Below, in pieces: positions 8,797 through 18,380 of a stretch of DNA of 64,000 nt; position 1 is the first letter of the stretch; the number at the start of each line of letters is the position of its first letter. Where the stretch lies: contig OZ244170.1 in assembly GCA_965216565.1 (NCBI GenBank), positions 800,001 to 864,000 on the forward strand, read 5' to 3'. This stretch comes from Bythopirellula sp. (GTDB lineage Bacteria; Planctomycetota; Planctomycetia; Pirellulales; Lacipirellulaceae). The notes beneath the pieces were generated by a model, which was given only the letters and a program-made list of their open reading frames with translations, searched no databases and was not told where the DNA came from. Position numbers and translations under genes: made by a program.

Positions 8797-11700
8797 TTAA
8801 ATGCGCTTTAGTGAACTGAATACCTGCGGAAGCAGTTTCTCATCCAGCCACTGACCGTCATGAGGGTAGCCTTCCCGCTGGCTCGCAACCGTGGCAAGTT
8901 CCCTGTCCACGGTCGGTTCGACCAAGAGGTTAGTAGACTCGAATACCTTGTCGCGTGTGGTTTCATGTAACTGGGGAGTTTCGTCGATCAATGTGGTTGG
9001 CTGCTCTTCGGGGCTGTGGAACAACTCCCATGCGATCGCTGCGTCGATCAAGTCATCTGTTGATGCATTCGCAGCCGGCGATTCGAGTGCGAGGGATTGG
9101 ACAGGTGCACTATCTAAACTGGCTGCCAAAGGTGCGGGCTGACCATACTGCAATTCCCACACGCCAAGATCGTCGCCGTCGGCATCCAGGTCGTTATCGG
9201 CATCGCCGTCGGGTCCGTAGGCAGTCGCGAGGCCGACTCCCTGTTGCCAGGCCAGAAAATCGAGTCCGGTGACCAAGCCATCCTGATCGAAATCGGCCGT
9301 GACGACCTGCACTTCGAAGGCGCCGATATCTTGCACACCGTTGGAGATGCGTGCGAATCCCTCGCCCCGTTGATCGAACGTCGGGAGCAAACATCCAGAG
9401 TGCTCTCCCGTATCGACGGCGGCACCGTCGGCAAGTAGGGCCACTGTCTGCGTCGGACCGCCGTTATCGGCGAGCACGCCGGTCGGCAGAAGTGCGGAGA
9501 GGCCAGAGCTGGTAATCACTTCGGCTGTCGCTGCAAAAATGTCGGCAGGCGTTAAGCCTGTCTCTACGATCGTAGTGCTATCGAAGCGTGTGTCACCGAC
9601 AATGCCATGAGCCTGAAGGAGTGCTACAACATTGATGTCGTCAGAGGATTCTTCAAGGAGGATGGTGTCAAACGCGACGTTGCTAGTGACCATGCTGTTG
9701 GAGAGCGTGAGGGTCGATAATGTGGAAACTCCGCCGCCCGCAAGATCATCGCCCCCCTCAACGGTATTGCCGGCGACCGTGCTGCCCACCAGGATCACGT
9801 TTGTGCCAGAGATTCCTCCTCCTGCCGAATCATCGGAGCCAAACGCCCAATTTCCACTGACCGTGCTGTCTTCTAATGTGACGTCAAGTATGGCGGCGAT
9901 ACCCCCACCACGGGCGAATAGTCCACTGGCCAAATTTCCGCTCACCGTGCTGCGTAGTAGCGTGAAGTTTTTCGCCCCGTAGATTCCCCCGCCTCGAATT
10001 TTGGCCGCGTTGCCAGAGATCGTGCTGTTCTTCAAATTAAAGAGTCCATCGCTACTGATCGCCCCGCCCACTCCGTCGACGTCGCCGCCGGTTAGTGTGA
10101 GTCCAGAAATCTCCACACCGACACCTGGAACAACTACATTAGCGATTTGAAAATGGCGGTAGCCGTCGAAGGTACCAAACATGTTGTCGGTGCCATCGCC
10201 TGCGTCAATCGTCAAGAGATCGGCCCCGGGGCCGTTGATGGTGAGTTCGTCGAGGATGAGAGGAAGTTGCGAACCGATCTGGATCACCTGCTGGGTACTA
10301 AACAATGGATCGGCGAAAGTAATGACGTTAGCGCCCGCCACTTCGTTGGAAAGGATGATCGCCTCGCGGAGGGAGAGTTGGCCGGGAAAGAAAACTCCAT
10401 CGACAACGTCCGACACTGTCGAGACGATCAGCCCTTGGGATGGAAGCACCGCGGGAGTTTCGACGGCTCCAATATCGACCCGTCCCGCTAAGACTCGAGG
10501 AAACCCAACGCCTCGCTGGTCGTGGAAGACTAAACTGTCGTCGAAATTGGGGTCGCCCGCGTTGACTACGGCACTAATCGATAGAGGAAGCTGCGTGCGG
10601 GTAGGTCCACCGTTATCGGCTAACAGACCAATCAGCGGCTGGTTGTCGATATTGACAATATTGTTGCCTCCCAGCGGCGGCACATCTGGACCAAAGTAAT
10701 TGAATTGGCCCGCAAGGTTTCCGGTGCCTTCCAGGTTGTTTGCAGCTCCACCCGCCAGCTCGTTCCCCGACAGGATCGTGTTGTTCAGTGTGAGCCCGCC
10801 CGGCGCGCTCCGCTTTTCGATACCACCGCCAAAGTTTTGGGCTGTGTTCCCTGTGATTGTCGAGTTGGCAATATCGATGTCGCCAAAGCCGCCGAACTTG
10901 GAAAGGCCACCGGCCCGGTCGGCCGTGTTGCCCGTGATCGTGGCCTGGGTGATGTTGGCAGAGGCTTCGCGGGTGAAAATGGCTCCGCCTTCTAGCGCCG
11001 AGTTTCCTGCGAAAGTGCTACGGGTGATGGTTAGCCGCAGCAGCGAAGTGCTGGCAGGCCCACCGGTATAGATGGCCCCGCCGCGACCTTGCCCGCCCAG
11101 GGCCCGGCTGTCGGTAATCTCGACCTGGTCGAGCGAGAGCACTCCCCGATTGTGGATGGCTCCCCCGCCACTGCCGCCGAGGGCATCTCCTCGGGTGAGA
11201 GTCAGCCCGGAGAGGGTCGCGTCGGTTCCCAATACTATGCTGAACAACCGCGACTGATGATTGGCGTCGATCGTCAGCAGGTCGGCGCCCAGTCCCGTGA
11301 TAACCACGTCTTCTGTTAGTTCCAGTTCGCCATCACTGAGTGTGATCGTCTGCGAAGCGAGCGCCGCGTCGAAAGTTATGGTATCGGTTCCCGACTGGAA
11401 ATTGGCGATGGCGACGGCTTCTCGCAGACTAAGTTGGCCCGCAGAGTAGTCCCCATCCACCACATCTGTGGCCGTGGATACCTGGAGGCTGCCGGGCAGG
11501 TCTGCCGGTTGGAGTTCGAATGCTCCGATGTCGGTCTGAATCGAGGGTCCAGAAATATTGGGAAAATCGTGAATCGCCTGACCACGCTGATCGAGAAATC
11601 CGAAAGGACTGTCTCCCTGGTCGATAGCGGCACTACCGGGAATCAAGGCATGCGTGGGAATAGCGCCACCATTAGACAGCAAAGCTCCCAGCTTGGGATC

Positions 11701-12618
11701 GCCACCGATGAGGTTAAAGGAGTCGACATTAAGAGTGCCGAAGACGTTTTCGAATGAGGAAGCCGAATTGCCAGCGATGATGGTGCTTACCACATCAAGA
11801 TTGCCGCCACCGCTCTTAGCAATTCCGCCCCCCAGATTTCCGGCGGAGTTGTTGAAGATGGTGCCATTGTTGAGGACCGTCGCGCCGAATGCTCCGATGC
11901 CTCCCGCGTTGACCTCCGCCGTGTTGAGTGAGACGGTACTGGTTTGCAGATTGAGCGTTGCTCCTGAGCGAGCCAAAATCCCCCCGCCATCGCCACCAGG
12001 TTGACTGACGGGCAAATTCTCGTCGGTTCGCACATGATTGTCGGCGATTGTACTTGAATTGATCGACAACGCACCCGACTGCTGCAATACTCCGCCACCG
12101 TAAAAGGCGTAATTCTCGGTGATGAAAACTTGATCAAGCGCCAGGTCGGCATCAGCAAAAATAGCCCCGCCGTCCAAGTCCAATGTATCGACGTCGCCAC
12201 CAGTCAGTTTTAGTCCACTAATCGTGGTAGCCGCTTCGACGCGGAACACTCGGAAACCGTCCCCGGTGCCCGCGATGTTATCGCCGCCGTTTCCCGCGTG
12301 GAGGGTGACCTTGTCTGCGCCTGTGCCGTTGATCGTGACGTTGTCGGTGATCGTCGGCAACTGCGAGCCTAGATTGATTGTGCCCACCACTCCGGAATCG
12401 AACTGGATGGTGTCTGCTCCGGGGCTGGCATTGGCGTCGATGATTGCCTGACGCAGACTCCCCAGCCCCGAGTCGGCCGTGTTCAGCACGTTAATCGTCG
12501 CCAACATGCGGCGATCTTCGAGCGCTTCTATCTGCAAGCGGCGAGCATACGAAGATTTTGCAAAAATATGTGAACTAAGGTTGGACAGTCGGGAACGAGC
12601 AGCAAGAGGTCGTCTCAT
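8797..12618 (-). CDS. Large surface protein with three CSLREA-like/beta-helix/choice-of-anchor Q repeats and a dockerin-like C-terminal repeat
   Basis: Planctomycete export motif RRLQIEALEDRRMLA; GSLRQAI and LSLREA(V/I); three NGG(P/A)...DQRG...DIGA(F/V)E anchors; ADFDQDGLVTGLDFLAWQ / GDADNDLDADGDDLGVWE. Confidence 0.85.
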   Translation of the reverse strand: MRRPLAARSRLSNLSSHIFAKSSYARRLQIEALEDRRMLATINVLNTADSGLGSLRQAIIDANASPGADTIQFDSGVVGTINLGSQLPTITDNVTINGTGADKVTLHAGNGGDNIAGTGDGFRVFRVEAATTISGLKLTGGDVDTLDLDGGAIFADADLALDQVFITENYAFYGGGVLQQSGALSINSSTIADNHVRTDENLPVSQPGGDGGGILARSGATLNLQTSTVSLNTAEVNAGGIGAFGATVLNNGTIFNNSAGNLGGGIAKSGGGNLDVVSTIIAGNSASSFENVFGTLNVDSFNLIGGDPKLGALLSNGGAIPTHALIPGSAAIDQGDSPFGFLDQRGQAIHDFPNISGPSIQTDIGAFELQPADLPGSLQVSTATDVVDGDYSAGQLSLREAVAIANFQSGTDTITFDAALASQTITLSDGELELTEDVVITGLGADLLTIDANHQSRLFSIVLGTDATLSGLTLTRGDALGGSGGGAIHNRGVLSLDQVEITDSRALGGQGRGGAIYTGGPASTSLLRLTITRSTFAGNSALEGGAIFTREASANITQATITGNTADRAGGLSKFGGFGDIDIANSTITGNTAQNFGGGIEKRSAPGGLTLNNTILSGNELAGGAANNLEGTGNLAGQFNYFGPDVPPLGGNNIVNIDNQPLIGLLADNGGPTRTQLPLSISAVVNAGDPNFDDSLVFHDQRGVGFPRVLAGRVDIGAVETPAVLPSQGLIVSTVSDVVDGVFFPGQLSLREAIILSNEVAGANVITFADPLFSTQQVIQIGSQLPLILDELTINGPGADLLTIDAGDGTDNMFGTFDGYRHFQIANVVVPGVGVEISGLTLTGGDVDGVGGAISSDGLFNLKNSTISGNAAKIRGGGIYGAKNFTLLRSTVSGNLASGLFARGGGIAAILDVTLEDSTVSGNWAFGSDDSAGGGISGTNVILVGSTVAGNTVEGGDDLAGGGVSTLSTLTLSNSMVTSNVAFDTILLEESSDDINVVALLQAHGIVGDTRFDSTTIVETGLTPADIFAATAEVITSSGLSALLPTGVLADNGGPTQTVALLADGAAVDTGEHSGCLLPTFDQRGEGFARISNGVQDIGAFEVQVVTADFDQDGLVTGLDFLAWQQGVGLATAYGPDGDADNDLDADGDDLGVWELQYGQPAPLAASLDSAPVQSLALESPAANASTDDLIDAAIAWELFHSPEEQPTTLIDETPQLHETTRDKVFESTNLLVEPTVDRELATVASQREGYPHDGQWLDEKLLPQVFSSLKRI

Positions 12619-12936
12619 TGGGAGCCAATCTGAGCAAAAGACGGAAAGTGACGGAGTAGCGAAAAGTCGAAAAAGACATTCCGGCACCGAACTTATCGTG
12701 GAAAGCAGTATACCCGAAGATTCGCAGCAGAGTTGTTGATTGTGATCTGAGGTTGATCTGCGAATTCCAACTCCGTTGCTCAATGCAACTTCCATCCTGC
12801 GAGTCTTCGAGGCTGGTTTGCTAATGGCAGACGACTAAACGAGTTGCGTCGCTTTAGCGCGGAGCTGAAGCAGATAGAGGGAAGACCAGACAGACCGTAG
12901 TCTTTAATCCGATGAAGAATTCAGGCGCAGGGCGAG

Positions 12937-13470
12937 TTAAACGGCAGCGCCCATCTCACGTGCCTTCTGCACGCCTACAAAACCATCGCGAGCTTTGAGG
13001 CAGGTGTGGCGAAACGCCTCGGGGTGTGGCACGCCGAACAGTCGGAAAGTTTCAACGTCGCCATTTCGGAAAACCAGATCCCCGGCTGGATACCATCCCT
13101 GGCCTGGTTGAACATCGATTTCGACGGTGTCGAACCGATCGAGCGAAACGCTCTGTTGTTCTCCGCCACCAAAGGCTTGTTCGACTAAGACACGGCGATT
13201 CGTCAGCCGGTAGCGGCGACAAAAAGGATTTTGGACGCCGAACACCACGAACGGGACTCTTGGAAGAACCATCAGAAAATAGATTGGCAAGATGATCGGC
13301 ACCGAAAGGAGAGCCAGGATTGGCACGCCAAAAACGCTGATGCCGCTGGTGGCTTCGAACATTCGGCCCCACCAACGTCCAAACCCATTAGCCGCGAGCG
13401 ATGGCCAGACGGTCATCACCGTGACTTCTTTATCAAGATCGGACACTACACCCGCGATGGCTTGGGCCAT
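12937..13470 (-). CDS. Bacterial PH-domain (bPH_2-like) membrane protein
   Basis: TM hairpin followed by RRYRLTNRRV...GDLVF...GVPHPEAF. Confidence 0.7.
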   Translation of the reverse strand: MAQAIAGVVSDLDKEVTVMTVWPSLAANGFGRWWGRMFEATSGISVFGVPILALLSVPIILPIYFLMVLPRVPFVVFGVQNPFCRRYRLTNRRVLVEQAFGGGEQQSVSLDRFDTVEIDVQPGQGWYPAGDLVFRNGDVETFRLFGVPHPEAFRHTCLKARDGFVGVQKAREMGAAV

Positions 13471-13575
13471 TTCTTCCTACCCATATTCCTAAGTTCGCAC
13501 GGAAACCAATTTCCTACACCCTGTGTAGGGACGTAAATTACCACACAGATAATATGTCGGCTAGGGGAGGGGGGG

Positions 13576-14577
13576 CTAGGTTCTAGAGCGAGACAGAAGC
13601 CCACCGACGAGGGCCCAGCTCAACAGGCTCACTATGCCCGGTTCGGGCACCGACGCGACCGCTGCCAAAGGTGCAGTCGTAGCCCCGGCAAACGTTGAAA
13701 TACTCGAACCTGCTTGAATTTGCCACTCCAGAAAATCAAGTCCATCCACGCGTGTGTCAAAATATGCGTCTCCGGCGATTTGCAGGGCAGCGTTCCCCGT
13801 TGTTCCGTAGCCGATATTCCATGCGGTCAGGTCGTCGGAATCGACGTCTAGATCGCCATCGAAATCGGCACTGTAATCGGGTGCCAAGTCATCCAGTCGA
13901 TCATCCACCCAATCTTGGGCTGCGTTGCGGGCAGCAGTAGCAGAACCTAACGTGCCGAAAACTACATAAAATGGCTTGGAGCGGTCGAGGGAGTTCATGC
14001 GAGTACGCAGGGCAACCAGGTAAATCCCATCCACTGGGTTGGTACCGGAGACGCCGTCGTCCATTTCCCAGTCGCGATGTCGGTGTATTGCGCCAAGTTG
14101 ATCGGTGTTTTCGAAGATTGCCCCAGTTTTTAGAGTCGGTGAACCGTCAATGATAACGAGCCCACTGGCTAATGTTTCGAGCGCGAATAGATAATTCGCG
14201 GTCGGAGTCGCACCAAAATCGACACTCCCCACGCCATCCCAATACATAAAGTTGGAAGTGTAACCGTCAATCTTCATCGGTAAAAAGTCGAACTCCAGGC
14301 CTGTGTTGGCCGGTAGGGCTTCAGCATCGGCAGGCATGTCTGGGTTGCCAACTCCCAATGAATTCCAGCCGGGATCGTTGATCGAAAAATTGCTATCGAA
14401 ATCTAGGGCATAGGTGCGTTCTCCCAGGGTCCACTGATTGGAACTAAAATCTGCACTTCCGTTTGTCAATCGACCGGAGAAGTCTTGCACCAAGATGTCC
14501 GAATGCTGGGCCAGCGCGAGCATGGGCAAACCAGCTAGCGTAATGAAAGTGAGAATGGCATATCTGACTGAATACAT
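13576..14577 (-). CDS. PEP-CTERM protein with His-motif domain and dockerin-like repeat
   Basis: Signal, then QHSDILV; YWDGVGSVDF; IHRHRDW; DGIYL; ADFDGDLDVDSDDL..W; VPEPGIVSLLSWALVGGLLSRSR. Confidence 0.85.
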   Translation of the reverse strand: MYSVRYAILTFITLAGLPMLALAQHSDILVQDFSGRLTNGSADFSSNQWTLGERTYALDFDSNFSINDPGWNSLGVGNPDMPADAEALPANTGLEFDFLPMKIDGYTSNFMYWDGVGSVDFGATPTANYLFALETLASGLVIIDGSPTLKTGAIFENTDQLGAIHRHRDWEMDDGVSGTNPVDGIYLVALRTRMNSLDRSKPFYVVFGTLGSATAARNAAQDWVDDRLDDLAPDYSADFDGDLDVDSDDLTAWNIGYGTTGNAALQIAGDAYFDTRVDGLDFLEWQIQAGSSISTFAGATTAPLAAVASVPEPGIVSLLSWALVGGLLSRSRT

Positions 14578-14659
14578 GATGATCTGTTCCTGTTATTGAA
14601 TTCTAAAAACAAGGCGGCCCAGTCCCTACGAGTTGGCCAGGACCGCCTTGTGCTAAAGA

Positions 14660-15508
14660 CTAGGATTTCGTTGTCCTATAACGCGAAACAGCAGTAAGTC
14701 CCAGTGCCATAAATGCAATTAAGCCGGTTGTCGGCTCGGGAACGACAATGTTGTCTTCCACGTATTCAACGGCTTCTTCATAAAAGGCAAAGTCTTTGCC
14801 CAAAGCCACTGCATCCGTGGTGTTTCCTTCTTCCAGTGCTTCTAGAGCCTCTTCCACTTCGTGGGCGTCTGCCCCATTGGTGATCAGTTCGTCGACCAGC
14901 AACACGACATAGAAATTGTCGGAGGTTGTCAATGTGTCGACATCGACCACGGGTGAAATTAGATAGACACCGTCAGCAGGAATCGCATTGGGATCTGAGT
15001 TTTCGAGAATAAACTCCGGATGACCATCCAAAAAACCGTTCGAGTTTGTCGTTGCAAAGCCTGAGGAAGGCTCGAACTCGAACGTTGTATTCACCGGTGC
15101 GGGACTGAAATCTACAGCACCGATTCCATCCCAATAGAATAGGTCGGAAGATGCGCCATCCACCGTGAAAGTGGTGGCAGTGGCACTGACGTCGGCCAAG
15201 CCAGGCAATGCGCTTGCGCCTAGTGCAGCCAGCTCGGCGGGATCGCTATAAAATCCTGGTTCATCAGACTCGTAATCGGGAGGATCAACGAGTCCAGTTC
15301 CCGGAATCATGATCGATTCGAAAGCGCTGACTCCCAGGCTGAACAATTCGTTATTCGGATCGCCGATGTCTTCGGCAGAACCAACCGCTACTTGTCCACC
15401 TACGTCAGCCAGCAACACGTCGCTGTGCTGAGCGTAGACGGCCGAGGAGGGGGCCATCACAAGAGTAATCGCTAGGATTAGTTTTGGGTCTTTAATAGTT
15501 GAAAACAT
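14660..15508 (-). CDS. PEP-CTERM protein, paralog of the 13576-14577 N-terminal domain
   Basis: Signal, then QHSDVLL; YWDGIGAVDF; DGHPEF; DGVYL; VPEPTTGLIAFMALGLTAVSRYR. Confidence 0.85.
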   Translation of the reverse strand: MFSTIKDPKLILAITLVMAPSSAVYAQHSDVLLADVGGQVAVGSAEDIGDPNNELFSLGVSAFESIMIPGTGLVDPPDYESDEPGFYSDPAELAALGASALPGLADVSATATTFTVDGASSDLFYWDGIGAVDFSPAPVNTTFEFEPSSGFATTNSNGFLDGHPEFILENSDPNAIPADGVYLISPVVDVDTLTTSDNFYVVLLVDELITNGADAHEVEEALEALEEGNTTDAVALGKDFAFYEEAVEYVEDNIVVPEPTTGLIAFMALGLTAVSRYRTTKS

Positions 15509-15680
15509 TATTCTGTATAACCTTAGTTGAATAATCAGGATGAACTTAAAAATATCTGCTGCGCAGTGATGCACAGGACAGTAACTCTTTCGAAGTACTG
15601 AGCACGCCGGCGCGCACTCGTAACACTGCAACCAGAGAGTGGTTGCAAAATTGAAAATCGCGTTGCGAATAACCTGATGT

Positions 15681-16421
15681 CTAGCGAACTACAGCCTGCG
15701 CGAAATTGGAATTCTGGTCTCCCTCATCGCACCAAGCGGCAATATCATCCGCCGGAATCGATTTGACATGGCCATCCGCGTAAAGATAGTTAGCTACGTC
15801 GCCCTGATGACGGGTGACTGCTAACTGGCTCTGCACGGCTTTCCAAACGAGACCTTCGTTATCCTTGTCGTAGACATTCGTTTCGCTAAACCAAGTATCT
15901 GACTCCACATGATCGAACCTGGTTCCGAGGCCGAATTGATTTGCCTCGAACATCAGGATCGTATTGTGAGTTTGCGCCAGATGATTGAAGTTGTCAGCGA
16001 AGCCTGGGGGGCTGTCGACAAAATCTCCACCCAATGTCGTCTTGGGCGGCGGAGGTTCAACGAGATAACCGTTCATCGCATAGCTGGTCCCCGGAAAGTC
16101 CGGGGTTTTCGCCTTCTCGATGAGTTCGATGTCTTCCGGGCAGAACCGCATCTTGTCTACGTTCTCCAGCCAAGGAGAAAGCTCATAGATCCAAGAACGG
16201 TCCTTCGCATGATTATGGCTTGTTAGCGGGAACATCCCGTCGTGCGTATCCACATGTTGGTGAATCGCCAATCCGATTTGGCGCATATTGTTCGCACATT
16301 CCATTCGTCGGGCAGCCCCACGGGCAGCCTGAACGGCAGGAAGCAACAAAGCAATTAGCACACCAATAATGGCGACGACAACGAGTAATTCGACTAACGT
16401 AAACCCATGACGCATGCGCAT
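15681..16421 (-). CDS. DUF1559 family prepilin-type N-terminal cleavage/methylation protein (H-X9-DG C-terminal motif)
   Basis: [71 protein letters not shown]. Confidence 0.93.
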   Translation of the reverse strand: MRMRHGFTLVELLVVVAIIGVLIALLLPAVQAARGAARRMECANNMRQIGLAIHQHVDTHDGMFPLTSHNHAKDRSWIYELSPWLENVDKMRFCPEDIELIEKAKTPDFPGTSYAMNGYLVEPPPPKTTLGGDFVDSPPGFADNFNHLAQTHNTILMFEANQFGLGTRFDHVESDTWFSETNVYDKDNEGLVWKAVQSQLAVTRHQGDVANYLYADGHVKSIPADDIAAWCDEGDQNSNFAQAVVR

Positions 16422-16543
16422 GGTAGACCTCGAATAATTCGATTCTCTGAATCTCCTTGCATGATTGCCCTCGGTTCTATTTTTCGAAGGCAACAGCAAT
16501 AGACAGTCGAGCGCAGGCCCGACCGACAACTTCGCAACGCGAG

Positions 16544-16954
16544 TTATGCGAGAGGAGGACCGCGAGCGAGATGGCTCTCGGGAACAAAAAGAGGCGAAAT
16601 CTGCTCAGAGGCGGGGATTTCTGTACCTAGCTCGGTGACAACTTCGTCTAGGGTGAAGTCAAAGACGGGCGTCTGCGCCTGCGTCAAGAATTCGCAAATC
16701 GTGCAATCGTTTTCGATTGAACTGAATTTGGCCTGCTTGTGGCTAGCGAGGTGCGATCCACAGCATGCAGTGACGACAACACGCGAGCAGCTTTGCCCAT
16801 GACCAGCGTCTTCACAGGCAAGCTGAGTGCCGTGGTCGTGGTGAACGTGCCAGAGATCGTGCAGCCCGTAACCCAGCACGCCCGCGGAGCCATAAATCAG
16901 CAACAATACAGCGGCAATAAAGCGTTGCGGGCGTGATCGTTGGCAGGAGAACAT
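16544..16954 (-). CDS. DUF2946-like His/Cys-rich leader protein with CxxC and C-terminal RGPP (candidate ribosome-arrest peptide)
   Basis: N-terminal TM/signal, [14 protein letters not shown], ends HLARGPPLA*. Confidence 0.75.
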   Translation of the reverse strand: MFSCQRSRPQRFIAAVLLLIYGSAGVLGYGLHDLWHVHHDHGTQLACEDAGHGQSCSRVVVTACCGSHLASHKQAKFSSIENDCTICEFLTQAQTPVFDFTLDEVVTELGTEIPASEQISPLFVPESHLARGPPLA

Positions 16955-17054
16955 GGGCCGGACTATATGCTAAGTGTACAAAAAGCAGTGCTCGAGTCTG
17001 CTGATTGTAGGGTCTTCGTGTGCAGAGGTCAATAAAAGTCCAGCCTAGTCGAAA

Positions 17055-17528
17055 TCAGGCCAATGGGGCGTCGTTTTGCTCGACCAAGGCACTCAGATAA
17101 AGCAGGCTGGAGCCTTCGGCCCGGTTTTTTCTGCTGGTCAGCATACTATGGGCAGCTTTCAGCACGTCGCGACGACTTACCTGTCCCATGAGCACACCAT
17201 CTTCCAAGACCGGCAGTCGTCGGTATGGCGTGAGCAAGAATAATTGCGCGATGGAAAGCAAATGGGTATCGGGCTCGATCGTCTGGGCCTCGGTATCCAT
17301 GAATAGGCGAACTTCGCTAGAGGGCAGTTGCTCGTAAGCGGCGTCCATTATGACCTGCATCGAACATTTCTCGGAGAAGACGCCCAGGTATCTGCCGTTA
17401 GAATCGACAACCGGGGCACCGGAGATGCGATTTCTCAGCAACATGCTGACTGCTTCCATGACATCCATTTCAGGACGCAAAGTGACGAGCTTCTTAACCA
17501 TGCAATCGCGAGCCGAAATTTGAGTCAT
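17055..17528 (-). CDS. CBS-pair domain protein
   Basis: ISGAPVVD..GVFSEK and RRLPVLEDGVLMGQVSRRDVL; start MTQISARDCM. Confidence 0.9.
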   Translation of the reverse strand: MTQISARDCMVKKLVTLRPEMDVMEAVSMLLRNRISGAPVVDSNGRYLGVFSEKCSMQVIMDAAYEQLPSSEVRLFMDTEAQTIEPDTHLLSIAQLFLLTPYRRLPVLEDGVLMGQVSRRDVLKAAHSMLTSRKNRAEGSSLLYLSALVEQNDAPLA

Positions 17529-17677
17529 TGCATTCTTCCTAACCAAGAAAAGTAAATAGTCTCGTGAGCAACCAGCAACCGAGAATGGCATTTGCTGAGA
17601 AAAGTAATTCCAGCTGCTCAGTCCCCAGCATAACATTCCTGGTAGAGGCACCGCCAGTAATGTTTGGCAAAAATGTC

Positions 17678-17721
17678 TCGTGAAAACTTTCACGAACCAG
17701 ACATCGTGAAAACTTTCACGG
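17678..17721. promoter_or_regulatory. Two tandem palindromic operators, Rex-like (TCGTGAA-N4-TTCACG)
   Basis: TCGTGAAAACTTTCACG occurs identically at 17678 and 17704, ~150 nt upstream of the CBS gene. Confidence 0.6.
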
Positions 17722-17994
17722 GCGCGATCAAACTTGGCTAAGCAAACCTAGCCAAGCAATTGAGTAAGAATCGCTTCCACGCGTTCCTCGCCCCTTCGGG
17801 GAGAGTGTGGTACTTACTCGCAAGGTGAGTACGAAATGGGGACTGGCTCGACGCTCGAACTCGGTTGGCCCCCTCGATGTACGCAGTGTCGTCTTGTCAG
17901 TCCCTTTTTTTCGAGAGAAGTACGTGAACCAAGTAAGCAAAGTGGTACTCCTGTTCTCCACCCCACGTCTGAAATGGCTGGAAGGAGAACAACA

Positions 17995-18282
17995 ATGGAC
18001 CACAAGATCGATCCCAACCACATTCCGCATTGCGACGACCTTTCGCATTGGGCGCTCTTGGAGGGCAGAAGCGATGCAACCTCCCAAGACTTGCGGCAAC
18101 GCCACCGCCACGGCTCGCAATCCACCGCAGAAATGATTCAGACCGCGATGGGGGTGGTGGTTGTCATTGCTGTATGTTGCTTCTCCGCCTGGTCGGCTCT
18201 TCGCGGTGCAGATGACCGCACGGAGGAATCCCGCTTAGACGACGCATCGCTGGCGCAGCAAGAGTTCCACTTTCGGCCGTAA
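17995..18282 (+). CDS. Small hypothetical single-TM protein
   Basis: SD GAAGGAG before MDHKIDPNH; one hydrophobic segment. Confidence 0.6.
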   Translation: MDHKIDPNHIPHCDDLSHWALLEGRSDATSQDLRQRHRHGSQSTAEMIQTAMGVVVVIAVCCFSAWSALRGADDRTEESRLDDASLAQQEFHFRP

Positions 18283-18380
18283 ATTCCGTAACCCGATCGA
18301 TCCGTTTTACTTGCGGTCAGTTCAAGTTTGCAGGAACATAGAGGAGTAACTAAACCGTACCTCTTGCAGACTGAAATTTG

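Noticed and set aside
4793..17000. tRNA-Ala-anchored genomic island
   Set aside because: The block is accessory-looking, but no integrase or duplicated tRNA 3' end was seen in the window.
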